The notes under the pieces are model-generated. The model saw only the letters and a program-made list of their open reading frames with translations. It was not told the origin of the DNA and ran no database searches. The position numbers and the translations under genes were made by a program. Shown here one piece after another: positions 50,248-58,287 of a stretch of DNA of 64,000 bases. Source of the stretch: an uncultured Acidobacteriota bacterium (lineage in GTDB: Bacteria > Acidobacteriota > Thermoanaerobaculia > Gp7-AA8); contig CAWGHO010000002.1 of the NCBI GenBank assembly GCA_963822445.1, positions 1,760,001 through 1,824,000 on the forward strand, in the 5' to 3' direction. The stretch's first letter is position 1, and each line of letters begins with the position of its first letter.

Positions 50248-50269
50248 CATCGTTTATCCTTCCGCCCGC

Positions 50270-50914
50270 GTGAGTACATCGCTCCCATGGCGCCACGTCG
50301 CCATCGAAGGTCCCATCGGAGTCGGCAAGACTTCGCTGACCAACCTTCTGGCCAAGCGCTTCCGGGGGACGAAGGTGCTGTCGGACGTTGAGAATCCCTT
50401 TCTCGACGACTTCTACAAAGACAAGCGCGGGGCGGCGTTCCGGACGGAGCTGTACTTCCTGCTGTCGCGGTTCGATCAGCAGCGGCACATGACCCAGCGC
50501 GACCTGTTCACCGAGCTGATCCTCGCGGACTACACCTTCGCCAAGAGCAGGATTTTTGCGTATCTGACGCTCGATGACTCGGAGCTGATGATCTACAACC
50601 GGATGTACGACCTGCTCTCCGAGCAGGTGCCCAAGCCGGACCTGGTCATTTATCTGCAGGGCAGTCTTGATACACTGTCGAAGCGCATCAAGAAGCGTGG
50701 GCGGGCTTACGAAAAAGCGATCTCGCCCTCGTATTTACAGGAGCTCAGCGAGGCGTACTCGCACTACTTTTACCGGTACGACGAGACGCCGTTGCTGGTT
50801 GTGAATACGAACGAGATCGATTTCGTTAACACGCCCGAGCATTTCGACCAGCTCGTCGAGCAGATCGGAAAAGCTCAAAAGGGAACTCAGTACTACGTAC
50901 CGCTTGGATCCTGA
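50270..50914 (+). CDS. Deoxynucleoside kinase
   Basis: IEGPIGVGKT P-loop, NPFLDDFY, KPDLVIYL; usual position upstream of panB. Confidence 0.88.
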   Translation: MSTSLPWRHVAIEGPIGVGKTSLTNLLAKRFRGTKVLSDVENPFLDDFYKDKRGAAFRTELYFLLSRFDQQRHMTQRDLFTELILADYTFAKSRIFAYLTLDDSELMIYNRMYDLLSEQVPKPDLVIYLQGSLDTLSKRIKKRGRAYEKAISPSYLQELSEAYSHYFYRYDETPLLVVNTNEIDFVNTPEHFDQLVEQIGKAQKGTQYYVPLGS

Positions 50915-50994
50915 GTAGACGGACCGGGACGAGAACGTGGGCAACGCGGGCGCCAGCCCGCCTACCCGCTCCTTCTCCCTGTCCAGAAGGAGCG
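50896..50994 (+). ncRNA. panB leader: pan-motif-like stem plus SD-sequestering hairpin
   Basis: CGCTTGG(A)TCC/GGACCGGG(A)CG stem with two bulged A; CGCTCCTTCT/AGAAGGAGCG 10-bp stem covering the SD. Confidence 0.6.
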
Positions 50995-50996
50995 AG

Positions 50997-51887
50997 ATGA
51001 ACCCGAAGAAGAAGGTCACCGTCCCGGCGATCCGCGCCATGAAGTCGAAGGCGCGCATCGGAATGCTCACGGCATACGACTACCCCTCGGCCAAGATCGC
51101 CGACGCGGCGGGCGCGGACATCCTCCTGGTCGGCGATTCGCTGGGCATGGTCGTTCTCGGCTATCCCGACACGCTCAGCGTGACCGTCGAGGACATGCTC
51201 CATCACACCCGCGCGGTCGTCCGTGGCGCGAAGACCGCGCTGATCGTCGGGGACATGCCCTATCTCTCGTACCACGTGTCGCTCGAGGAGTCCGTTCGCA
51301 ACGCCGGCCATTTCATTCAGGCCGGCGCGCACGCGGTGAAGGTCGAGGGCGCGAAGGCTTCGCGGATCAAGACCATCGAAGCGATTCTCGACGCCGAGAT
51401 CCCGGTCATGGGCCACATCGGTCTCACACCGCAATCGGTCAACGCTCTCGGCGGATTCAAGCTGCAGGGAAAGAACGCCGACGACGCGCGGCGCCTGCTC
51501 GACGAGGCCGTTGCTCTCGAGCGCGCAGGCTGCTTCTCGCTCGTGCTCGAATGCGTCCCGACCGAGCTCGCGGCGATGATCACCGAGCAGATCACCATTC
51601 CCACCATCGGCATCGGTGCCGGCCCGTCCTGCGACGGGCAGGTCCTCGTCTACCACGACGTCCTCGGCATGTACGACGGCCACACGCCCAAGTTCGTGCG
51701 CAAATACGCGAATGCCGCGGTTGACCTGCAGAAGGCGCTCGAAGCGTTTCTGTCCGATGTGCGCGACGGCAGCTTCCCGAATGACGACTCGGAGTCTTTC
51801 CACATGGCCAGCGATGAAGAGCTGAAGCGACTCTACGCGGCGCGTGACGAGGGCGGCGTGGTCGTGGAGATGCCGAAAGCGAATTGA
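50997..51887 (+). CDS. panB: 3-methyl-2-oxobutanoate hydroxymethyltransferase
   Basis: MLTAYD, LVGDSLGM, GHIGLTPQ, IGIGAG, DGQVLV. Confidence 0.97.
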   Translation: MNPKKKVTVPAIRAMKSKARIGMLTAYDYPSAKIADAAGADILLVGDSLGMVVLGYPDTLSVTVEDMLHHTRAVVRGAKTALIVGDMPYLSYHVSLEESVRNAGHFIQAGAHAVKVEGAKASRIKTIEAILDAEIPVMGHIGLTPQSVNALGGFKLQGKNADDARRLLDEAVALERAGCFSLVLECVPTELAAMITEQITIPTIGIGAGPSCDGQVLVYHDVLGMYDGHTPKFVRKYANAAVDLQKALEAFLSDVRDGSFPNDDSESFHMASDEELKRLYAARDEGGVVVEMPKAN

Positions 51888-52735
51888 TGCGGGTTGCGAC
51901 GACGATCGAGGAAACGCGCCATGCCGTACGCGTCGCGCGTACGCACGGCGCGACCATCGGTTTCGTGCCGACCATGGGCTTTCTGCATGCGGGTCACATC
52001 TCGCTGATCGACGTCGCCCGCGAGGCCGGTGCGACGTTCATCGCCGTGTCGATCTTCGTGAATCCGAAGCAGTTCGGGCCGACCGAGGACTTCAGCCGTT
52101 ACCCGCGCGACGAGGAACGCGATCGCGCGCTGCTGGAGAAAGCCGGCGTCGACCTGCTGTTCCTGCCGCCGGTCGAAGTGATGTATCCGGCCGGCGCGGC
52201 GACGACGATCTCCGTTTCGACGGTGGCAAAGCCGCTGGAAGGCGAGCGGCGTCCCGGGCATTTCGACGGTGTGGCCACGGTCGTGGCGAAGCTCTTCAAC
52301 ATCGTGCAGGCCGACGTGGCCGCGTTCGGACGGAAAGACGCGCAGCAGTGCGCGGTGATCGAGCGGATGGTGCGCGATCTCGATCTGCCGGTGCGGCTCA
52401 TGTTCGGCGAGACGCTGCGCGAGCACGACGGCTTGGCCATGTCCTCGCGGAACAGCTATCTGTCGGCCGAAGAGCGGGGGAAGGCGCCGGTTCTGCATCG
52501 GGCGTTGCGCGCGGGAGAAGAAGCCATAACGCACGGGATTCATGAAGTGGCAGGGGTCGAGAAGCTGATGAATCGTGTGGTCAGTGAAGAGGGTGGCGTC
52601 GAGGTCGACTATCTGGCGGTCGTCGATCCGCTGACGTTCGAAGCGCCGCAGGATTTCGATCGCGAAGTGTTGCTCGCCGGCGCGGTGAAGATCGGCCGGA
52701 CGCGCCTGATCGACAACATCCGGGTGCGCGCATGA
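51887..52735 (+). CDS. panC: Pantoate--beta-alanine ligase
   Basis: VPTMGFLHAGH, RPGHFDGV, GLAMSSRN, RLIDN. Confidence 0.96.
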   Translation: MRVATTIEETRHAVRVARTHGATIGFVPTMGFLHAGHISLIDVAREAGATFIAVSIFVNPKQFGPTEDFSRYPRDEERDRALLEKAGVDLLFLPPVEVMYPAGAATTISVSTVAKPLEGERRPGHFDGVATVVAKLFNIVQADVAAFGRKDAQQCAVIERMVRDLDLPVRLMFGETLREHDGLAMSSRNSYLSAEERGKAPVLHRALRAGEEAITHGIHEVAGVEKLMNRVVSEEGGVEVDYLAVVDPLTFEAPQDFDREVLLAGAVKIGRTRLIDNIRVRA

Positions 52736-53070
52736 TGCGGCGCCTCGTTCGCGCCGCGGTTCAGAACGCGACCGTGACGCACGGCAGCGCGCTCACCCTG
52801 CGCATCGATCCGCTGATTCTGCGCGCCGCGAACATCCTGCCGCTCGAAGAAGTGGAGATCGTCAATCACGCGACCGGTGAGCGGGTCACCACGTTCGCCG
52901 AAGAAGCAGCCGGCGGTGAAGTGCACGCGCCGCGGATGCGAGCCGGCGACGTGATCAGCATCGTCTCCTGGGGCGTGCTGCACGATGGGCAGACGCTGAA
53001 TCACAGCGCAAAGCTGGTGACGCTTGACGGGAAGAACGAAGTGACGGTTATCGACGAGCGAAATCGATAA
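52732..53070 (+). CDS. panD: Degenerate aspartate 1-decarboxylase homolog
   Basis: Follows panC; aligns with PanD (ATVTH, ID, AANILPLEEV, GERVTTF, GDVISI) but lacks most catalytic motifs. Confidence 0.7.
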   Translation: MMRRLVRAAVQNATVTHGSALTLRIDPLILRAANILPLEEVEIVNHATGERVTTFAEEAAGGEVHAPRMRAGDVISIVSWGVLHDGQTLNHSAKLVTLDGKNEVTVIDERNR

Positions 53071-54520
53071 AGCCGCGCTCCACATCGACGTCGAGCAGCT
53101 TCACCTTCACCCGGTCGCCGATATCCAGCCCCTTGCCGCCGCGCACGACCTTCCCTTCGACCGGCGGATGGAAGACGCGGACCCAGGTGCCCTTCGCGGA
53201 CGCGCCGGTGACCACGCCCTCGAAATGGTCGCCGATGCGGTCGCCAAGGAGACAGGCGGCGGCGGATTTGCGAACCTGGCGCTCGACTTTGTTCGCCTCG
53301 TCTTCCTGATCGGTACAGTGCTGCGCGAGCTCGGCCAGCTCGTCGAACGTGTACGGCGACGGTTTGCCCGCGAGAGCCGCTTTGACCATCCGGTGGGTGA
53401 TCAGATCGGGATAGCGGCGGTTCGGTGCCGTGGAGTGCGTGTAGTCCTTCACCGCGAGACCGAAATGGCCGGTGGGCTTCTGATCTGCTCGCTCCACGAC
53501 GTACTCACCGGCGCCCATGGCCTTGACCACCGACAGCGAGAGATCGGGAAAGCGCATCGGATCGGCTTTGCGCTGCCTGCGCAGGAACTCCTCCAGCGCC
53601 TTCGCATCCGGCTCCGGCGGCAACCGCTCGCCACGATCCTCGGCGATCTTCTCGATCCGATCCCAGCGCTCCGGCGACCGCACGACGCGGCGGATGCTGG
53701 GCAGTTTGTGCTTCACCAGGAACCGCGCGGTGGTGCCGTTCGCGGCGATCATGAAGTCTTCGATGAGCAGGCGGGCGTTGTTGCGGCGGGCCTGCTTCAG
53801 CTCGACGACCTTGCCGTCGACGATGACCGGACGCGCTTCGATGGTTTCCAGATCGAGCGCGCCCTGTTCGTGACGCAGGTCGCGCATGCGATCGGCGGTG
53901 CGGTCCTGCAGGCGTAGTGCTTCCGCCAATCCTTCGACTCTCGTGACTTTTTCCGGCTCGTCCTGTTCGCCGTCGAGCCACGCCGCCACGCGGTCGTACG
54001 CCAGCTTGGCGTGGTTGTGCACGAGCGCGCGAAAGACTTCCCCCTGTCCGATCGAGCCGTCGTCGCGCACGAGCATCTCGATGACCAGGGCCACGCGATC
54101 TTCGCCTTCGTTGAGCGAGGTGAGATCGGTGGAGAGCCGCTCCGGCAGCATGGGGAAGACCTTCGCCGCCGTGTAGATCGAGGTGGTGTTGTGCTTCGCG
54201 TGGCGATCGACAGGCGTGTCTTTCTTCACCAGCGCGTCGACGTCGGCCACGGCGATGTAGATGCGGACGTTGCCGCCGCCCTCGTCCTTGGCCCAGGTGA
54301 GCTGGTCGAGATCGCGCGAGTCGTCGTTGTCGATCGAGCACCAGCCCCAGTCGCGCAGATCGCGGATGGTTGGGTCGGTTTCGTGCGCGGGGCCGCGAAT
54401 GCCGGCCACCTGTTTTTTCACGTCGTCGTCGAACTCGTGGAGCAGGCCATGCTCGCGCATGGCGTCATTGGCGATGTCGACGAGAAAGTCTTCCTGCCTG
54501 CGATCCCTATTGCGATCCAT
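53048..54520 (-). CDS. RNB-domain exoribonuclease (RNase II/R-like)
   Basis: SIDNDDSRDLDQ, AVADV, HSTAPNRRYPDL, C-terminal S1-like domain. Confidence 0.9.
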   Translation of the reverse strand: MDRNRDRRQEDFLVDIANDAMREHGLLHEFDDDVKKQVAGIRGPAHETDPTIRDLRDWGWCSIDNDDSRDLDQLTWAKDEGGGNVRIYIAVADVDALVKKDTPVDRHAKHNTTSIYTAAKVFPMLPERLSTDLTSLNEGEDRVALVIEMLVRDDGSIGQGEVFRALVHNHAKLAYDRVAAWLDGEQDEPEKVTRVEGLAEALRLQDRTADRMRDLRHEQGALDLETIEARPVIVDGKVVELKQARRNNARLLIEDFMIAANGTTARFLVKHKLPSIRRVVRSPERWDRIEKIAEDRGERLPPEPDAKALEEFLRRQRKADPMRFPDLSLSVVKAMGAGEYVVERADQKPTGHFGLAVKDYTHSTAPNRRYPDLITHRMVKAALAGKPSPYTFDELAELAQHCTDQEDEANKVERQVRKSAAACLLGDRIGDHFEGVVTGASAKGTWVRVFHPPVEGKVVRGGKGLDIGDRVKVKLLDVDVERGFIDFARR

Positions 54521-54544
54521 GTCCGGGGACGTTATCACCGTGTC

Positions 54545-55696
54545 GTGAAAATCGTTCCGGCCGGGGACAACGCGGTGCTGATGGAGTTGGGGGACGTGAC
54601 CGCGGCGGAGTTGCATGCGCGGGCAGCGGAGATGCGGTCGAAGCCGGGAGTGCTCGCCGTGATTCCGGGGCACTCGTCGCTGTACGTTTTGGAGTGCGGC
54701 GGCAGAGCCGCCGCTTTCAAAGCGGCAGCAGAGCTGCCGCACTCCATCCATCGAGTCAAAGTCAGGTTCGACGGTCCGGATGTGCCCCCTGGCTTCATAC
54801 CCCGACCAATAACGCTCACCGTCCGCTACCTCGGCTTCCGCGGCGGCTTCGGCTACCTCGACGGCTGGCCCGAGGAATGGGCAATGCCCCGAAAATCCAC
54901 CTCGCGACCGGTGAGCCGCGGCTCGTTCGCCATCGCGGGCAATGTCGCCGGCTTCTATCCCATCGACTCGCCCGGCGGCTGGAACATCCTCGGCCACACC
55001 GATTACGACGTCGCCTACGCGCTCGCGCCTGGCGACACGATCGAGATCGAGCCGACCGATGAGCCGCTGGCGTTGCCGCCGTTGCGCGAGATCTCACGCC
55101 CCTCACTGCACACGCCCGTGTTTCCGCCGGACTGGTCCCGCGTGCAGCGCGGCATGCCGCCGGGCGGTCCGTTCGATGACGTGGCCGCGGCGATGATCGA
55201 CGCCCCGGAGCTGATCGAATGCGCGATGGTCTGGCCGAAGCTCGAGGGTGTGTGGGTGGGGCCGGATCTGCGAACGGGCTACGTCGTACCGACTGGGAAA
55301 ATTGAAGGCGGGTTGCGCGGGTATGTCGGGTGTGGTGCAGGCCTCCGGCCTGCCCCAGCGCTACCACGTGGCGATCGCTTCACCATCCAAGCCATGCGCG
55401 GCCCGCACGACATCGGTCTGGATCGCATCGAATGTGAAGTAACGCCGCAGCTCGATCGCGTCGGAATCCGCTTGCGACCGTTGATGCCGATCGCCAACAA
55501 ACCGCCGGCCGACCTGAAATCGATCGGCATGCAATGCGGGACGCTGCAGCTGCATCCCGACGGCAGCGTCGTGGCCATGGGACCGGATCATCCGGTCACC
55601 GGTGGTTACCTGCAGCCGATGACGGTCATCACCACGGAACGGTGGAAGCTCGCCCAGCTTTCTCCGGGCGAGCGCGTCACCTTCATCGCGATTTAG
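54545..55696 (+). CDS. Compact PxpB-PxpC (5-oxoprolinase/allophanate hydrolase subunit) fusion
   Basis: PAGDNAVL, GFRGGFGYL, YPIDSPGGWNILG (PxpB); PPGGPFD, DRVGIRL, GPDHPVTGGY (PxpC). Confidence 0.8.
   Translation: MKIVPAGDNAVLMELGDVTAAELHARAAEMRSKPGVLAVIPGHSSLYVLECGGRAAAFKAAAELPHSIHRVKVRFDGPDVPPGFIPRPITLTVRYLGFRGGFGYLDGWPEEWAMPRKSTSRPVSRGSFAIAGNVAGFYPIDSPGGWNILGHTDYDVAYALAPGDTIEIEPTDEPLALPPLREISRPSLHTPVFPPDWSRVQRGMPPGGPFDDVAAAMIDAPELIECAMVWPKLEGVWVGPDLRTGYVVPTGKIEGGLRGYVGCGAGLRPAPALPRGDRFTIQAMRGPHDIGLDRIECEVTPQLDRVGIRLRPLMPIANKPPADLKSIGMQCGTLQLHPDGSVVAMGPDHPVTGGYLQPMTVITTERWKLAQLSPGERVTFIAI
54690..54746. repeat. Family A REP pair, in-frame inside pxpBC
   Basis: TGGAGTGCGGCGGCAGAGCCGCCGCTTT-C-AAAGCGGCAGCAGAGCTGCCGCACTCCA, 57 nt. 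Confidence 0.85.
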
Positions 55697-56751
55697 GAAC
55701 CGGCCTGGTACCCCGAGCGCGCGGTCACGCGCAGGTCGGGCTGATTGCGGATCGAGACCTGGACCCTCTGGAACTGTCCCGCCTTCGGATTGCGAACGCG
55801 ATACGAGAGCAGGTAGTAGCCGGCGTTGAGGTCGTCGATCTTGTCGAGGGCCGGCACGAAGTTCGTGTTGAAGCGGAAATAGTGGCCGCCTGTGGACTGC
55901 GCGAACTCCTCGAGCCGCTGGTGGTACGCCGGCGGCAGGGTCGGGTCGCTCTGCAGCTGCATCGCGTAGACCGAAACGTTGGCCGCGTTCAGCGCCTCGA
56001 TTGCCGGATCGAGATGACGGCTGCGGTTGAAGATCATGTCCGCGCGGACGTCTTCGCTGTGCTCGATGATTCCCGGCGAAAAGAGCAGCAGGTTCTTGCG
56101 CGCGCGGATCGGCCGCACGGCATCGCCGAGCAGGTCGAGGGCCTGGTAGACCGTGCCGGTCTTCTTCATCATCGCGTTCGCGTCGATGTTCCGGAGAATC
56201 GAAGTCTCGGGAGCATCTTTCGGCGCTTTGGTCAGACCCTTGTGCCAGTTGGTGGCGTCCGTGAGCGCGCGCTCGAGCTTCTTCACGTCATTGGTGAAGT
56301 CGCTGTAGACCTTCAGGCGGAAGTCATGACCGGCGACGGCCAGCAGATCGCCTTCCTTCATCTCCTCGCGAATGAAACGGAGCATGGCCTGGCGGGCGAG
56401 GTAGAGCTGATTGTTGAAGACGCCCGGATCGACCGGCTTGTCGAAGAAGGCGATGAAGTAACGCTCTTCGCGGACGCGCTCGACTTTGAACGGCGCGTTC
56501 TCCTCGCGCTGGTCGAGAAGGCGGCGGTTGGTGAAATAGTCGAGCGACTCGACGGGCTGCTCGAGGCCGTTCTCCTTCACCACGAAGTCGTCCTTGCTGA
56601 GGCCGAGGATCTGGTTGCCTTTGTTGTCGGTGACGATGGCGTCGAGGAGAACGACGTTGACGTCGATGCGCTCCTGGATGGCCGGCTGCTGCTGCGCAAA
56701 CGCGGGAACCGCGAGCGCGAGGATGGAGAGGGCTGCTGCGAAGTGCTTCAT
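55693..56751 (-). CDS. VWA domain protein (Acidobacterial VWFA-related type)
   Basis: Signal peptide; VNVVLLDAIVTDNKG...GLSKDDF, STGG, YYLLSY. Confidence 0.82.
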   Translation of the reverse strand: MKHFAAALSILALAVPAFAQQQPAIQERIDVNVVLLDAIVTDNKGNQILGLSKDDFVVKENGLEQPVESLDYFTNRRLLDQREENAPFKVERVREERYFIAFFDKPVDPGVFNNQLYLARQAMLRFIREEMKEGDLLAVAGHDFRLKVYSDFTNDVKKLERALTDATNWHKGLTKAPKDAPETSILRNIDANAMMKKTGTVYQALDLLGDAVRPIRARKNLLLFSPGIIEHSEDVRADMIFNRSRHLDPAIEALNAANVSVYAMQLQSDPTLPPAYHQRLEEFAQSTGGHYFRFNTNFVPALDKIDDLNAGYYLLSYRVRNPKAGQFQRVQVSIRNQPDLRVTARSGYQAGS

Positions 56752-56824
56752 GGGCAGTCAAACGGTCCGCGGAGCGGCCGAAATCCTCGCCGTGACAACG
56801 GAATGAAAACCTCTCGACCCCCGT

Positions 56825-56854
56825 TTGACCGGCCAGCGCGAAATCACCTAGAAT
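56825..56854 (+). promoter_or_regulatory. Sigma70 promoter of tRNA-Pro
   Basis: TTGACC-18 bp-TAGAAT. Confidence 0.6.
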
Positions 56855-56898
56855 CCGCGCTCTTTGCCGCTGGCGCCTGTCGGCGGCGAGTTCTAAAT

Positions 56899-56975
56899 CG
56901 GGGCATAGCTCAGCCTGGTAGAGCGCACGGTTCGGGACCGTGAGGTCGGAGGTTCAAGTCCTCTTGCCCCGACCA
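56899..56975 (+). tRNA. tRNA-Pro (CGG)
   Basis: CGGGGCA/TGCCCCG acceptor stem, anticodon arm CACGG-TTCGGGA-CCGTG, GGTTCAAGTCC, CCA end. Confidence 0.96.
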
Positions 56976-57042
56976 TTTAGAACTCCTTCCCTACCACACC
57001 ACTTTTCGAGCCGTCGCTTGTGCTGTCCGGCTAGCTGGAATT

Positions 57043-57052
57043 TGTGTACACA
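57043..57052. promoter_or_regulatory. Palindrome TGTGTACACA, putative TA operator
   Basis: Perfect 10-bp palindrome ~45 nt upstream of the antitoxin ATG. Confidence 0.4.
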
Positions 57053-57097
57053 CCTGTGCGCTATTTGTGCGAAGAAGGGCTCAGTTGGAGGCACATC

Positions 57098-57361
57098 ATG
57101 AAGACAGCGACGATTCGTGAATTCCGCAGCAACATCGCCGAACTACTTGCAGGTGATGAGTCCGTTCTCGTCACGAAGCACGGAAAACCAGCCGCGGTGG
57201 TCTACCCCCTTCATGACCCCAAAACGATCCCGATCGAGGTCCGGCGGAAGCTCTACCTGGCCATGACCGGAGAGATCGCAAAGCAGCTTGACACGCAAGG
57301 GGTATCGGAAGAGCAGGTCGAGCGTGAATTCAACCAACATAAAAAGGGTCGCCGCCGATAG
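57098..57361 (+). CDS. Phd/YefM family antitoxin
   Basis: GGAGG SD; MKTATIREFR...VLVTKHGKPAAV. Confidence 0.88.
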   Translation: MKTATIREFRSNIAELLAGDESVLVTKHGKPAAVVYPLHDPKTIPIEVRRKLYLAMTGEIAKQLDTQGVSEEQVEREFNQHKKGRRR

Positions 57362-57742
57362 CAACGTGTTGCTCTCCGCCGTCGCGGGTAGAGCTGCGCG
57401 TCGAGTCTTTGGGAGTACCGGACTGACCGTTGTCACCACGCAACAGAATGTGGCGGAGGTCAGAGAGTACATACCGGAGTTTGCTGCAAGGTACGAACTT
57501 CCCGAAGCGTTACTGCTGGAGGTTCTCGAGCTGCTACGATCACGGTTCACGAGGACCATGAGTACGCCGGAAGGATCCCAGCGGCGCACGATCTGCTCGG
57601 AAAGCGCGACGAGGACGATGTGGCGCTCGCAGCTCTCGCGCTGACCCTTGACATACCGATCTGGTCAAACGATCGAGATTACGAACACTTCCCCACGGGA
57701 ATCGTTACGACGGCTGCGCTGCTAAAGATTCTTGGAGTCTGA
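57324..57742 (+). CDS. PIN-domain toxin (1-nt frameshift near 57537)
   Basis: ADSNVLLSA...E in frame 1; RDEDDVALAALAL...IWSNDRDY in the shifted frame. Confidence 0.78.
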
Positions 57743-57771
57743 GCCGGGGCCTCGCCGGAGCTCACAGTGAC

Positions 57772-58287
57772 CTAACGTTTCGTCCAGGGAACGTCCGCCA
57801 CGCCCGCCTTGTGATTCGCGAAGCGCGCCGCCACGAACAGATAATCCGAAAGCCGGTTCAGATAGGTGATCGTGGACTGCGTGGCCGGTGAGCCATCCTC
57901 CAGCGCGACCACGCGCCGCTCCGCGCGGCGGCAGACGGTGCGGGCGATGTGCAGTTGCGCCGCGGCCGCGCTTCCACCCGGCAGGATGAAAGTCGTGAGC
58001 GGCGTCAGCGCGCTCTCCATTGTGTCGATCGCCCGCTCGAGATCCTCGATGCGCGACGCATCGACTCCCGGAAACCGGCTCGTGCCGGGCGAGGCGAGGT
58101 GCGCGCCGATCTCGAAGAGGTCCGATTGAATCGCGGGGATCTCGGCAACGTCGCTGACTGCGCCGAGGAAGGAGCTCAGTTCGTCGACGGTGCCGTAGGC
58201 TTCGATGCGCGGGTCATTCTTGGCGACGCGCGTCCCGCCGAAGAGAGACGTCTCACCGCGATCGCCGCCACGCGTGTAGATCTTCAC
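57772..58287 (-). CDS. Cob(I)alamin adenosyltransferase (PduO-type)
   Basis: MKIYTRGGDRGET, AYGTVDEL, ARTVCRRAER, YLNRLSD. Confidence 0.93.
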   Translation of the reverse strand: MKIYTRGGDRGETSLFGGTRVAKNDPRIEAYGTVDELSSFLGAVSDVAEIPAIQSDLFEIGAHLASPGTSRFPGVDASRIEDLERAIDTMESALTPLTTFILPGGSAAAAQLHIARTVCRRAERRVVALEDGSPATQSTITYLNRLSDYLFVAARFANHKAGVADVPWTKR

